A DNA stretch of 63,936 nt, counting the filler, from Octopus bimaculoides (lineage: Eukaryota): NCBI RefSeq assembly GCF_001194135.2. It is 4 parts of 4 records of this genome, joined end to end, with 100 filler letters (N's around TTAATTAATTAA, not from the genome) between each part and the next. Parts side by side here need not be neighbours in the genome. Positions count along the whole stretch, not along the records: positions 35,608 to 62,403 come from NC_068994.1; positions 62,504 to 63,936 come from NW_026297431.1; 2 more parts are not named here. One strand, written 5' to 3'. This document shows, piece after piece, positions 50,240 to 63,936 of this stretch (the first letter of the stretch is position 1; the number at the start of each line of letters is the position of its first letter). The notes beneath the pieces were generated by a model that made no database searches, was not told the origin of the DNA, and saw nothing but the letters and a program-made list of their open reading frames with translations. Position numbers and translations under genes: made by a program.

Positions 50240-53200
50240 CTGTCTGTGTGTGTGTGTGTGTGTGTGTTTATTTCCATCTGTGCTCATCAATGTGCTTGCA
50301 TCTATTTATTTGTATGTGTGATTTTTTTTCTTCTTCACCATTAACTTAAAAAGCATGCTGTTTGTGTGAAAAAACACATTGAATGTGTATACTGGCAGTT
50401 GTACTGGTCCGTGTGTTTGCATGTATTAATGTGTTTATTTATTATACACATACATTTCTATTAGTTATCACTATAAATGTTAATAGAATCAAATCTATTA
50501 TTTCCATATATGTCTGTTCAGGACTATAGAAATGGACCCTGTTTCATAATTTCAGGATTAAGGTTAAGTTCCATTAAAAAAAAACTTTTATTTAAAAAAA
50601 AAATAAAGATTGCTCAAAAAAAAGTCCGTAAATTCATTATGGATAGTAAGGTTGCTGGGTTAATTTAAGCTTTTGTTTGTTTAATATTATGATAATCTTT
50701 AAGGCTGCAAACTGGCAGAGCCATTAGCACGCTGGGCAAAATGCTTAGCGGCATTTCATCTCTCATGTTCTGAGTTCAAATTCTGCTGAGGTTGACTTTG
50801 CTTTTCATCCTTTCAGGATCGATAAAATAAGTATGAGTTGAGCACTGGGATCAATGTAATTGACTTTCCCCTCACCCTAAATTGCTGGCCTTGTGCCAAA
50901 AATTTGAAATCAGTATTATGCTAATCTTTAGTAATTTGGACGAGTGGCTGTGTGGTAAGTAACTTGCTTACCAACCACATGGTTCTGGGTTCAGTCCCAC
51001 TGCGTGGCACCTTGGGCAGGTGTCTTCTACTANNNNNNNNNNNNNNNNNNNNNNNNNNNNNNNNNNNNNNNNNNNNNNNNNNNNNNNNNNNNNNNNNNNN
51101 NNNNNNNNNNNNNNNNNNNNNNNNNNNNNNNNNNNNNNNNNNNNNNNNNNNNNNNNNNNNNNNNNNNNNNNNNNNNNNNNNNNNNNNNNNNNNNNNNNNN
51201 NNNNNNNNNNNNNNNNNNNNNNNNNNNNNNNNNNNNNNNNNNNNNNNNNNNNNNNNNNNNNNNNNNNNNNNNNNNNNNNNNNNNNNNNNNNNNNNNNNNN
51301 NNNNNNNNNNNNNNNNNNNNNNNNNNNNNNNNNNNNNNNNNNNNNNNNNNNNNNNNNNNNNNNNNNNNNNNNNNNNNNNNNNNNNNNNNNNNNNNNNNNN
51401 NNNNNNNNNNNNNNNNNNNNNNNNNNNNNNNNNNNNNNNNNNNNNNNNNNNNNNNNNNNNNNNNNNNNNNNNNNNNNNNNNNNNNNNNNNNNNNNNNAGC
51501 CAGGAACTTTTCAACACCTCCTCATACTTTGCAGCATGTCTTCTGACTATTTACATTTGAGTTTAAATCTTGTTAAAATTAAGTTTGCCTTTCGTCCCTG
51601 CAGGGGTTAATAAAATAATGTACCAGTCACATGCTGAAGATTGAGGGAATCAAGTAATCCCCACCACCACTCAAAATTGTTGGCTTTGTTCCTAAATCAG
51701 AAACAATTATTATTGTTTTGCTGTTTCTGCCTGTAAGTCCTCCCAAAGTTTCAGCTTAGCCATTCTTCCTTCTGAAGTTGATAAAATATGTAAATGCCAG
51801 TAATAAATAGATTACTGGAGGCAAACTATACTTCGTTCTCGTCTCAAAGGAAATCGTATTTATTATACAAAAGCCTGTGTACTTGAATTTTTAACCTCAA
51901 TGATTTTAAGGTTTCCATAATAAAAATCCTTCTCTCAATTGAGATGCTTTGAAAATTCTTACATCGATGTTTTACCATAGTCTGCAGTTTCATTCATTCA
52001 TTTATTTATTTATTTATTGCTTTTAGTTTTGTTTTTAATTGGCTGAAAACCTTGTCTGTTGGTTAATTTTCATTGGGCAAGTGCCAAAGTGACTATGCAT
52101 CCTGTTCAGTTCATTTGTGTGTATGTATGTGCTGAGTAGCAATGAATACAATAAGAAATGGATTTTTCAGAACTTAAGTTTGTTGTGTGTATGTATTCAT
52201 GTACATGTATTTATTTATCTGGTAGTAATGGGGTGGGCTCACACACACACAATATTAGCTCTGGTTTATGGTTTTAGAAATACATTTACCAAGCCAGAAA
52301 GGGTTAGTTGAATCAGGGTAGGAAAGTGGTGGTTTTTCAGTTAAGGGGAGGGTGGAGAGATTATTGGGTGGGTGAATTTGTTACTGTAACTGAGATTTCT
52401 AAGGGATTTATCTTTAGATACTCTGGGTGTATGTAATTTTTTTGTTTTCTTCTTTAAACCTCTATCTGGAAAGTAGATCTGGTGAAAGAAGAGTCCTTAT
52501 CAAAATAGGTGCTGGTGAGTTATTTCAATGTCTCTGCTGGATCATGTTACAAAATAAAGAGATTTAGGTCATTTTTAGCATGATTTGTCTGCCTATAGTC
52601 TCTCTCTCTCTCTTTTATTAAGAGGTAAAACTTCTCTGCTCACTGAACCTATTCAGGAGGAAATGGTTAATCGGGGACTACACTATATTATAGCTCTGTT
52701 CAAACTTGATTCTTTCTGCTCTCTTTAATGAAATGTTCTTTTTTTTTTAAATTTAAGAAAAAGTATGTAAACAATATTTGGTTGTTCCTTTCACTCCCCA
52801 CTCTGTCATGTAAATTTAATTTGTTTTTTCTTCCTCTGTTGATAGTGTTCGTGGAGGGTGGGATAAAAATAAATTATAGATATAGACATTTGACCTTCAA
52901 CCCATTCTGCATTTCCGACTCTCTCTCTCACACAAAAACTTCTAAATAACTTTTAAACACTTTGTCCTCAACTAGCTCACTTAACACTGAAACACAAATT
53001 CACTACCAGGAACCAACAGGAAGCCTTATCAGATCAACTTGAATTGCGAGCAATACCAGCTTAACCCTTTAGCATTTAAACCGGCATTGTCAGGCCTAAA
53101 TATTCCACTTGTTTTATGTTCAAACCAGCCAGATCTGGCCTCTCCTATCTAACCTACAATGTCATTCTAATGATAAAGAATCACATTGAAATCTTGACAC

Positions 53201-53556
53201 AATGTCATGCAAGATTAATTCAAAACAATATTAAAACATGAATAAATAACCATTACATTTGACAGTAATCTGAATGCTAAAAAGTTAAAATGTAAGGGCA
53301 TTCCAACTTCTGCTTGGTCTTTTCCTCTTTCATTCTTCTGGACATGGTATCCATTCTGTCAATTTACTATTCCATTTACTGTCCTTTCTTCTTGTGAAAG
53401 ACCACTTCTAAGTTTTTATTTTCCTGATAATATCTGTTGAATTTGTTGTCACTCTTATCCTGCTGTTTCTCCACACATCCATTTTGTTAATCTTCAATAT
53501 TCACTTCTCATAGGATGACAAAAACAATGTCATTAATTTTAAATATTAATGACCTG

Positions 53557-53705
53557 TAGGGACACCATATTTCGTTATGCAACCTGAATATGCTACAAAA
53601 ATATATTAAACATCGCTAATACTGTAGAACATAGTATTGACTTATAAAAACATTTAATGTACTTTGTAATATGTTATGGTTGCAAGGCGAAATATGGTGT
53701 CCCTA
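53557..53705. mobile_element. Small MITE (149 bp)
   Basis: 28-bp inverted termini TAGGGACACCATATTTCG(TTA/CCT)TGCAACC, 25 of 28 matching. Confidence 0.75.
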
Positions 53706-54112
53706 TACTCTTTTACTCATTTACTTGTTTCAGTCATTTGACTGCGGCCATGCTGGAGCACCGCCTTTTTTTAGTCGCGCAAATCGACCCCAGGACTTGT
53801 TTGGAAGCCTAGTACTTATTCTATTGGTTTCTTTTGCTGAACCACTAAGTTAAGGGGACGTAAACACACCACTATCGGTTGTCAAGCGATGCTGGAGGGG
53901 GGGGATAAACACAGAGACACAAACATATACACACACATACATATATATACATATATACGACAGGCTTCTTTCAGTTTCTGTCTACCAAATCCACTCACAA
54001 GGCTTTGGTTGGCCTGAGGCTATAGTAGAAGACACTTGCCCAAGGTGCCACGCAGTGGGAATGAACCTGGAGCCATGTGGTTGGTAAGCAAGCTACTTAC
54101 CACACAGCCACC
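53706..54112 (-). mobile_element. Family A SINE, full length
   Basis: Reverse-complement match to family A. Confidence 0.9.
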
Positions 54113-54907
54113 CTGGAATGAGTTTAGTCTGTAAAATTGGTACATCCAATAATGTTACACTGCTATATTTAGTGGCTATTTAAGTAATGTGTTTGTGGGT
54201 GATTCAAGTTGAAGATTTGGCAAAAACTGTAAAATAAACTATGCACCTTATTTTATTAATCATACTTTGTGTATAACAAAATTGTTTTCCAAGATGCTCA
54301 AGCATTAGTATGGATTTTCTAAAGTCTTAAATTATTGATTTAAAAATCAACACCACAAACCTAGATACCTTTGCAGGAGACCATTTGAGGACCTCTGCCC
54401 TACATACTTTATAATTGTGTGCTGTAGAGACAGATTATCCCTTATTTTGTATTTAAAAAAAAAAAAACAATCTTTGATCATATGACATTGGATTATAGGA
54501 TTAATACTGTAGTAATAATTTAATCTCTCATATTATAGATTATAATGCAATCCTGAAAGTAGGGGTTGTTTTATAAGTAATATCACTCTTGAAGCTACTG
54601 TTGAATCTTAAGTACATATATTTTTGCTATTGTGTGTATGTGTGTGGTTATGCCTAGGTTCAACAATTTGTTCTTTGTTTTTTTATTTTTATTTTTTTTT
54701 TGTATTTTTCAACTTTTATTACTATTGGCACTAGAAGATTCTAACTAGAAGGAGAATTGGATGGTTGTGTGGTTGAACACTATGCTTTGCATCCACGTTT
54801 TTGAGGTTTGGTCTCACTGCATGGCACTTTCAGGCAGGTGTTTTTTATAGTCGTGGGCCTGCATATGCCTTGTCAGTGTACTTGGTAGATCAAAACTGTG
54901 GAATCCC

Positions 54908-54944
<37 letters not shown>

Positions 54945-57900
54945 ATATACATATATATATATATATATATGAAATACACATTAAGTACAGGACATCACCA
55001 ATGAGTGAAAAATGTGAACACAGAGACAAGTACAGGACAAAATACCAAAAAAAGATAACTCGCTCATCAGTTGTCGACTGTTTTACTCNNNNNNNNNNNN
55101 NNNNNNNNNNNNNNNNNNNNNNNNNNNNNNNNNNNNNNNNNNNNNNNNNNNNNNNNNNNNNNNNNNNNNNNNNNNNNNNNNNNNNNNNNNNNNNNNNNNN
55201 NNNNNNNNNNNNNNNNNNNNNNNNNNNNNNNNNNNNNNNNNNNNNNNNNNNNNNNNNNNNNNNNNNNNNNNNNNNNNNNNNNNNNNNNNNNNNNNNNNNN
55301 NNNNNNNNNNNNNNNNNNNNNNNNNNNNNNNNNNNNNNNNNNNNNNNNNNNNNNNNNNNNNNNNNNNNNNNNNNNNNNNNNNNNNNNNNNNNNNNNNNNN
55401 NNNNNNNNNNNNNNNNNNNNNNNNNNNNNNNNNNNNNNNNNNNNNNNNNNNNNNNNNNNNNNNNNNNNNNNNNNNNNNNNNNNNNNNNNNNNNNNNNNNN
55501 NNNNNNNNNNNNNNNNNNNNNNNNNNNNNNNNNNNNNNNNNNNNNNNNNNNNNNNNNNNNNNNNNNNNNNNNNNNNNNNNNNNNNNNNNNNNNNNNNNNN
55601 NNNNNNNNNNNNNNNNNNNNNNNNNNNNNNNNNNNNNNNNNNNNNNNNNNNNNNNNNNNNNNNNNNNNNNNNNNNNNNNNNNNNNNNNNNNNNNNNNNNN
55701 NNNNNNNNNNNNNNNNNNNNNNNNNNNNNNNNNNNNNNNNNNNNNNNNNNNNNNNNNNNNNNNNNNNNNNNNNNNNNNNNNNNNNNNNNNNNNNNNNNNN
55801 NNNNNNNNNNNNNNNNNNNNNNNNNNNNNNNNNNNNNNNNNNNNNNNNNNNNNNNNNNNNNNNNNNNNNNNNNNNNATATGTGTTTGTGTCCACACTTCA
55901 TGACTACCAATATTGGTTTCTTTATGTCCCCATGGCTTAGCAATTCAGGGAAAGAGCTCGATGAAATAAATACCAAATTTACACACACACAAAAAGAAAA
56001 AAGAAAAAGAAAAGGAAAAAAATGAAAGTAGTGCTGGTGGCGGGGTTGATTTGTTCAGCTAAACCCTTCAAGGCGGTGCCCCAGCTTGGCCACAGTCCAA
56101 TGACTGAAACAAGTAAAAGATAAAAGAATTATTCCAGCACATTACTTATCTGGAATTGTTCCATTGACACTCTTGAAGGGAAATGATTAGAAAAGGAGAA
56201 CATTGACAGTAACTTAGATGAATGTATTTATATGTGATGTTTTTAAGTGAGGCTGATAGAATTGGATAGTTGTATAAAATACACTGACTGGTAGAAATCA
56301 CCTACTATTCCCATCTCACCATCGATGTGACTGAATAAACACAATTCTTTCTATCTGAACTATAATCAATATTCCAATGTTTAATTTAATGTCACCTGTT
56401 GAGTTTTAAGCGAGTAAGGTAGATTAAATAACTGTATATGTCTATGCCCACAACACACCATCCCAGTTCAGTAACTGATAGAAGCACTTAAAGTAACTAG
56501 AACCTGACAGATCATATTCAATCTAACTTGTAAATGATACAAGAATATTTTGTGTTGTCAGTGTGATGGTGATTCTAAGAAAAGCCAGATAACAAGACCA
56601 ATTTGTAGATTAAAAGCACAATAAAAATATAGGTTGTAAGTTGAATTTCCTACAAGATAATAATAATAATAATAACGTTAAACTGAATTGAATGACAATC
56701 ACAAAGAGCATGTCTGTTTGTGTAAATAACTATTCTTACATATAGTTATTTCCCACTCTTATTTATAGATAGGATTTGTTTTAGGTTGTGTATGTGTATG
56801 AAATATAGAAATTGATACCTACTTATTGTGAGTTAATGCTAGAAATCAAAATAGTTTGTATGAATTATCTGACCACACATTGTGCAGCTACATAAATCTT
56901 CCATATGACATCCACTGAATTGACTCTTGTTATCTGCCCTAAAGGTACTTCTCATTTCAACCAACTGAGGGAGTAACATATCCAAGCTACCAAATCCAAC
57001 TAAACTGCAATCATAGTATAGTGGTTTGTGCCAAATTCCCATAGCAGGTTAGCTGATGTTTCTAATCAGTGAGTCACTCCAAATGTGTAATTGTTAACCT
57101 CCCTGTCACAGGTCTGTTGAAGCAAAATAGACCTATCCCATTCAACTAGATGAAAAAGACAGATATGACTGTGTGCTAAGAAGTTTGCTTTCCAACCATA
57201 TCATTCCAAGTTCGGTCCCATTGTGTGGCACCTGGGCAAGTATCTATTATAGCCTTGGGCCAACCAAATCATTGTATGTGGATTTGGTAGACAGAAACTG
57301 AAAGAAGCCTGTTATGTGCGTGTTTGTGCTTGTCCCCCATAATTTAGCAGTTCAGTAAAAGAGACTGATAAAATAAGTACCAGGTTTAAAAAATAACTAC
57401 TGGGGTCGATTTGTTTGATAAAAATCTTTAAAGGTGGTGTCCCGCAGTACAATGGCTAAAACCAATAAAAAATAAAAGAACAACAAATTCTAATGGTCTT
57501 GTTGAGGGCTTACAGCACTAACCACTTTACCACCATGCACCTCTGTTGACATATTTAACACCTCAACCATTTTCCCCCAGAAGGTCAACTCTCTCTGAAA
57601 TTCCCTTCTCACTCATGTTTTACCTACAGACACCGATTTACAGATACTGTTCAAAATAGATGCAAACTATATCAATATCTTTCAAAGGTCATGGGCTGCG
57701 CTCCTCCTTCCTCACTAAATAATAAAAAAAAAAACTCAAAGAAAAAAAAAGAGTAAAAGCATTGCCTGAGAGTTAGCACTGTTGCCATGCTGTACTGTCA
57801 TTGTAATTGTTGCATCAGCATTCTTCAATAAATGGCTAGTCCATTATGTATGTGTGTATTTTATTTGTGTACATCATACATATTGATGAATAAACACTAG

Positions 57901-58187
57901 CAGTGCTAATTAATTTTCATTTGTGATATGTATCTGCATTGATTGGTGAGTAATGAGTTTAGTGTGGTTCAGTGATGTACAATGTTGNNNNNNNNNNNNN
58001 NNNNNNNNNNNNNNNNNNNNNNNNNNNNNNNNNNNNNNNNNNNNNNNNNNNNNNNNNNNNNNNNNNNNNNNNNNNNNNNNNNNNNNNNNNNNNNNNNNNN
58101 NNNNNNNNNNNCTTGGTAGCATATATCCATATCAGAGACAGATCAAAGACTTAACATGTAGGAGTTTGACTACTTCTGGGTATGTTA

Positions 58188-58404
58188 GAGGAGGGTGCTG
58201 AAAAGTTCCCGGTTTTGGGTAAAAAAAAAAAATACAGGCGGATCAGTTATAATTTTATTCAACATATTCCACTCTCAGATTCACACACTTATTGCAGTGG
58301 TCCTTCAGTTTTTTTAAACCTTGTAAAAGAACTCTGAATGTTGGGGCCCCCAACCAAGCCTTTCATGGTACCCTTAAAGTGAAGAATGTTTCGGTACCCT
58401 CTTG
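58188..58404 (-). mobile_element. Mariner-derived MITE (~217 bp)
   Basis: TA on both sides and degenerate TIRs (GAGGAGGGTGCTGAAAAGTTC / GAATGTTTCGGTACCCTCTTG). Interior reads GLKKLKDHCNKCVNLRVEYVE*, resembling a mariner C-terminus. Confidence 0.75.
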
Positions 58405-59934
58405 TAGATCCCCTCAGGTGAGAGATGACAGCATTAAGGCACATAGAAAAATAGTGAACCACATATTTCTGCAACCTATGCCTGCATGGGAAAAGGGTAC
58501 ATCACATATTAGATTGATGGTGATAACGATAGTCATGGGAATTTGTTGTACTCGTGGCCTCATGTTTACTGAAGGAAAGTGTGTTTTACACACACACACA
58601 CACACACACGTTAAATTTCCTGTGTCTTAAGGCTGGACAAATTTCCAACTGAATTATTGCCAAACAGCCTAAATTAAGTCATTTGAATTTGTTGCTTCCA
58701 TCTAGGTCTCTAGACATTGATTGGCTTTTTGTTAGATGTTATAGTACAATAAAGGTTTGTTTCGTTCTTTTGTGTTTTAATGTCTGTCTGCTGGATGCAT
58801 CTAGCAAGCAGACATGTGTTTCTGGCATTAAATTTTAATATTTCACTGCTACATTCAATGCCACATTCACTTGAGACCATATTCTTTTCTCTGGCATCAA
58901 CTGTTGTTCATACATAGTGGTGAAATGCAGTCATTGAAGCTTGGTAGCTGAGTGGTGAAGGCATTGTCTGTTTTCACCTGAATGCCATAAGTCCAAGCAC
59001 AGCTATTAATCCAAGGTACTTCACTAACCACATTCAGCCATGATTAAAAAAACCGGAAAACAGTCAATAGTCTGCTTAGTCATAATTCTCTCATTTGAGA
59101 TTAGTACGTGTTGGAAACTAATTTAGTTTCTAAATTTTCTGAGTCATTTAACCCAACCTAGTGTGATGGAAATGAATGTAAAATCATTTTCAAATGTTTT
59201 ATACATAAGTCCAGGCATGGCTGTGTGGTCGAGAAGCTCACTTTGCTACTATGTGTTTTTGGGTTCAGTCCCACTTTGTGGCACCTTGGGCAAGTGTCTT
59301 CTACTATAGAGTCGGGCCAACCAATGCCTTGTGTGTAAATTGGCATCTGTGTTTGTCCCCCCAACCACTTGATAACTGATGTTGGTTGTTTACATCTCCA
59401 TAACTTAGTTCAGCAATCCAGACAAGCCTTTTGTACCAGAAAACACTGGAAAATCCCCTGTGTGTGTTGTATGTTGGGTCAGTCATTTTGCCGAAAATAA
59501 ACGTAGTGGATTTATTTTACTTCTTATTTTTAGTTAACTAGTTAACCAATTAATTAATTACTTGACTAATCGTTTTGATAAGTCAATCAGTGGGTTTTTT
59601 ATAGACCTTTCATTTCCTTTTGCTACTTCATCAATGATGTGACCCTGTTGTTCCAGGTCTGATGAAATAGAACCAGTGCATGTATTTATGTTGGTATCAT
59701 GATCCTCCCTACATACAATATATTTCAACATAAGATTTCATATCATGAATCGTGCAAAACAAAAAATTATATCCAAGTGGTCAGTATAATGCCACTGGAA
59801 GAGCTTCCAGTGATACAAATTGTTTAGCTTAGAGAGGTTTTAGAAACATTTTCGATAGTTCCTGATACACTCCATGCTTAAGACTTTTCACTTGGATTGC
59901 TTTAAGATATTTCAATTTTTATTTTTCTTCCCTT

Positions 59935-60063
59935 GCTTCCCAATCACATGGTTCCAGGTTCAGTCCTACTGCGTAGCACCTTGGACAAGTGTCTTCTTCT
60001 ATAGCCTTGGGCTGACCAAAGCCTTGTGAGTGGATTTGGTAGACGGAAACTGAAAGAAGCCCA

Positions 60064-60100
<37 letters not shown>

Positions 60101-60422
60101 AAATTCATTATTGATAGAATTATACCTACTCATAAAAGAAAAATATCACTTAGCCTGTGGTCTAATACTATTGAAGTTATTAAATGATTTACTTATATGT
60201 GTGTGTGTGTCTTTGTTTGTTTCTCCACCACTGCTTGACGACCAGTGTCGGTGTGTTTGTCTCCCCATAATTTAGTGGTTCAGTTATAGACACCAACAGA
60301 ATAAGTCCCAGGCTTAAAAAAATATAAGTACTGGGTGTCAATCCATTTGACGAAAAATTCTTCAAGGCAGTGCCCCAGCATGGCCGCAGTTTATAATGAC
60401 TGAAACAAGTAAAAATAAAAGA
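59935..60422 (+). mobile_element. Family A SINE. Further partial or decayed copies: ~10920-11090, 15783-16010, 40130-40290, 43858-44000, 44530-44700 (-), 50940-51032, 54765-54945, 55878-56125, 57161-57480, 59213-59415, 60760-60990
   Basis: Shared motifs GGCACCTTGGGCAAGTGTCTTCTACTATAG, GACGGAAACTGAAAGAAGCC and CAGCATGGCC…ATGACTGAAACAAGTAAAA. Confidence 0.85.
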
Positions 60423-62691
60423 TAATCAACTGCTGTTGTACATGTGATCTTCACTTAATTTAACCTTGAACAATATGACATGTGATGTTTTAATAATTAC
60501 GAAGTTTATTTCCTTAATTAGGGTTGGTGTGATAATCATAGTAAAATTATTATTTCAGATGAGTAGTATTTTAACAGAAATCCATGTTGATTACTCATGT
60601 AATATCCCGTGATGATTATTTATTTTTTTTTTTTGTATATAGTGGTTGGGAAACTCAAGTGGTTTGAATGTTTTTTTTTTTTTAAACTTCCGCAAAGTCA
60701 TAAAGTGATGACATCCTCAGATGCAGGTTTGAAGTAAAGCTTACCAACAGATCAGTCAATGCCTTGTGAAACAGTTTGGTAGACAGAAACTGCGGAAGCC
60801 CATCATATATATGCATGCGTTTGTGTTTATACCACTTGACAACCAGTGTTGGTTTGTTTATGTCCCTATAGCTTGGAAGTTCAGCAAAAGAGACCAATAG
60901 AATAAAATAAGACTTTAAGAAAACAGTCCTGAGGTCAATCTGTTTGATTTAAACCCTTCACGGATGTACCCCACCATCACTGTAGTCCAATGCCTAGAGT
61001 AGGTAAGAAATAAAATACCAATAGACTTAATGGAATAGTTGCGAAATATAACACTATTTAGTGATAGATCAGCTAGAATGTGAACTGGAGATTTGCCACA
61101 TTAAAATGTAAAATGGGAATCAAATACAAAAGAGATTCTCAACATTTGTTCATGGGGGTTTTGGATTGGTTTTGGATTGGTTGAACTAACCATTTTGTTA
61201 TTATTTCTGTTGAAATACATTGCCCTTGCTCAATTAATTTTGAAAATAATGAAGAACTTAATAAAATAACCTTGTCATTATTAAGTTGGTGATTGGAACA
61301 TAAATTGAAATTTCGATGGAAAATATAAATTTAGATCACATTAAAAGAGGAAATTTATATCATAGAATCAGACAGAGACAGTCTCAGGTGGTTCAGTATC
61401 GTAAGGGGTTTAATGGTTAGACAGATCTAATTCACCCAACTATAAAGCAATATTCTGTGAAAGACTTCTTTCCATTCATTTGAAATCCTTGTATTTTGGA
61501 AACTTGCCAAATTCTTGACTTATGTATTGGAAAGTATTTTACTGTGCATCAGTGACTTTTTGTTTTTCATTTTTTCATAATTATATAGATTAATCAGACA
61601 GAGGTTGGTGCAAAGCTCATGACCTTTGCCGATCCTCATAAACAGGTGAAATTGATGTGGTTGATGTTCAGTTTTAATGTCACAGGAAATAACGGTCAGG
61701 ATCTGAAAGGAAAACATAAAAACATTAAGCAGGGGGGAATAGGTGATGGTTAAGTTCAAATGCTTGTTACTGGGAATACTGCTAAAGGAGGTCATGTTTG
61801 TTTGTTGGAGCAACAAGGAGCATCTAGTCAACCTCAGGGATGACTGATTACTTGCACTGTGACTTTGCTTGAAGTAGAGCTGTGCACTGTCAACCTCACA
61901 CTCCTGCCTATGACCATCCTCAGTTGAGTGGCAAGGCCAACTCAAGATGGACTGGGGGTGGAGACAGATGCAGTGAATGACCAAGATGTCTTACTTACTT
62001 GATCTTACTCTCTGCACTCCACAATGTGTTTCTGAAGCTGCCTTCCCCTCTGTTGAACTGTGAAGGTTTCTTCTGCAGAGTCTGCTGGATACAGTCTTCA
62101 CATATAAGACTTAATATGCTGGGACCCTGACCGGCTACCACTCTGAGTTCAAGTAAACCTGGGAACAATGGTGGTTAAGCAGTGATTCCACACTCCTCAA
62201 AACCTCCTGACCCAAACCGAGGGCTCCACTACTGGATGCATTTTGCAGTCATACTCAGGACACAAAGGTGGTGGTGTGATACTGGGCAGCATGTTAGATC
62301 TCTGAAAGTTGTAATTTAAAAAATGAAAAACAAAAATGGATGCTTTCATTGTCAGAGAATCATTTATTTTCAGTTGACTGTAGTGATTAGTGTTGCTTAA
62401 CTANNNNNNNNNNNNNNNNNNNNNNNNNNNNNNNNNNNNNNNNNNNNTTAATTAATTAANNNNNNNNNNNNNNNNNNNNNNNNNNNNNNNNNNNNNNNNN
62501 NNNATAAATATATATGTATGTATATGTATATATGTATATATATATATATATATGTAGAGAGCGAGAGAGATAAAATAGGTAGATAGATATATATATGTAT
62601 ACATATTGATTATATATATATTGATTTTGGTTGTTGGGAGCATTTTTTTTCCATTTTGTCTTTCTTGTTCCCAACGCTGTAGTGCAACGAA

Positions 62692-62755
62692 ATGGCGGAT
62701 TTAGCAAAGTACAACTACGCCAAAATAATATCCGAATTAAATAGTTTGCAGCTAA
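62692..62755 (+). CDS. Candidate first coding exon (MADLAKYNYAKIISELNSLQL, phase-1 donor)
   Basis: AAATGGCGG start context after a pyrimidine-rich leader, CpG-rich surroundings, and a consensus donor GTGAGT at 62756-62761. Too short for the ORF track; protein not recognised. Confidence 0.4.
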
Positions 62756-63147
62756 GTGAGTTTGCAGTAGCAGCGCAAGTAAATCTTCTTTACTTTATTC
62801 TGATGTTAATGAATCTAATTCGTCATTGTCACCACTAACAATATCTAGAATTTGTCCGCGTCGTTTAGAAGCCCCCTCTGTGATGCCAACATAGGAACGT
62901 AAGCAAAATGTTTTATTTGTGTATATGATATTTATGTACATGGAATCTTTTATTTATTTATTTTTTTGTTGCAGCGCCTGAGTGTTTGCAATATTCATTC
63001 TTTTCCTGCTAATGTTTCTATAGACTCAATGCGCTTTTACGTTGTCGGTGCGCTACATTTGATACTAGGATGGTACAATGACCTGGCGCTAGCAAGTTTT
63101 TTGAGCGGCGCCCAGTCTTTTGTATCATGTATATATAAATAAATATA

Positions 63148-63936
63148 TGAGGTGCGTTGAAAAAATATCCGACTTTATTTTTTCCGGTACAACAAATTCC
63201 GAATAGTTAAACTCGTCTGGATGCGGGTGATGCTACCCTTTATGTACAAGCGTGCATATTTTCGCGCAAGTAGGCTCTGTCAATTCGTGGCTGTTTTGCG
63301 TAGAGTATAGGCGTGTAACGAATGCTCTCTGAATTTTCGTTTCCCTCGAACTCATCGAGCAGTGGTATTTCATGTAATGTTTGCACGAGCTTTTAATATT
63401 CAAGCTCAAACCATCCATAAGTTTCAGAAGGCCCTTGGCGATGATGCCAAGGTCAAAACTCAGATCAAGGTGTGGTACAGCAGCTTCAAACATGGCTGCA
63501 TCGCAAAGGAAGCTTAGACACACTCAAGCAGGCCAAACCTCAAGCTGAAAGTAGGAGCCGATTAGAATAGTTTGGCGAATAATCAAGGAAGACCGTTGAG
63601 TAACAATCCAGGAATAACAACAGGATCAATGCATTCCATTTTAACGGAGGATTTGTACATGCGCAGAGTATGGGCGAAGTCCGTCATCAAGGTGCTGAGT
63701 GAGCAGGAGAAGGAATTCTGCATAGACATCGCTCAGGACATGCTGGACTGTGCAAATCACGTCTCAGGTGAAGACTACTATAACTGGTGATGTGACATGG
63801 GTTTATGGTTTCTGAACGAAGCATGCGGTCATCTAGCGTGAAAACGAACATCCGACGCATTACAGGTCTGTGATCGAGGAACTGAGTACGCTTCTCCACT
63901 AAGAAATGGAAATTTATCCCCTGTAACGTATAGAGA
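63148..63936 (+). mobile_element. Decayed mariner transposon (5-prime part; runs off the window)
   Basis: TA|TGAGGTGCG terminus. Frames give KTQIKVWYSSFK, TGSMHSILTEDLYMRRVWAKSVIKVL and IITGD(V)TWVYG-like motifs of mariner transposases. Confidence 0.85.

Noticed and set aside
61520-62270. 154-aa minus-strand ORF as a host gene
   Set aside because: It has no domain, and it lies next to a dispersed repeat (GGGACCCTGAC… also at ~19950), so it is more likely a decayed retroelement that I cannot classify.

Overview
This is AT-rich, repeat-dense eukaryotic DNA with many N gaps. It is most likely octopus (cephalopod), inferred from the SINE/MITE landscape and dense (TA)n/(CA)n/(AAT)n microsatellites; I could not confirm this by search. 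No prokaryotic-type system (CRISPR, operon, rRNA, true tRNA) is supported. Credible coding sequence is limited to three pieces: a 3.4-kb low-complexity giant exon (800-4219) with a hidden ~17-aa repeat array, a Gln/Pro/His-rich exon cut by a gap (~22075-22591), and a candidate first exon (62692-62755). Everything else recognisable is mobile DNA: at least five SINE/retroposon families, mariner and maT (DD37D-like) transposase relics, RTE, R4/Dong-like, Tx1/L1-like and Penelope retroelement relics, and piggyBac-, hAT-, Tigger- and TA-target MITEs. Three 100-bp gaps carry an artificial TTAATTAATTAA linker and coincide with visible steps in CpG content, so the window may be four segments whose true adjacency is unproven. 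The most interesting observations are the orphan giant exon, a mariner with two 3-prime ends, Penelope-type hammerhead ribozyme relics, an 86-bp spacerless palindrome, a near-identical inverted retroelement-tail pair, and a recursive-splice-like site. I found no convincing new biological system. Coordinates of degenerate repeats are approximate.
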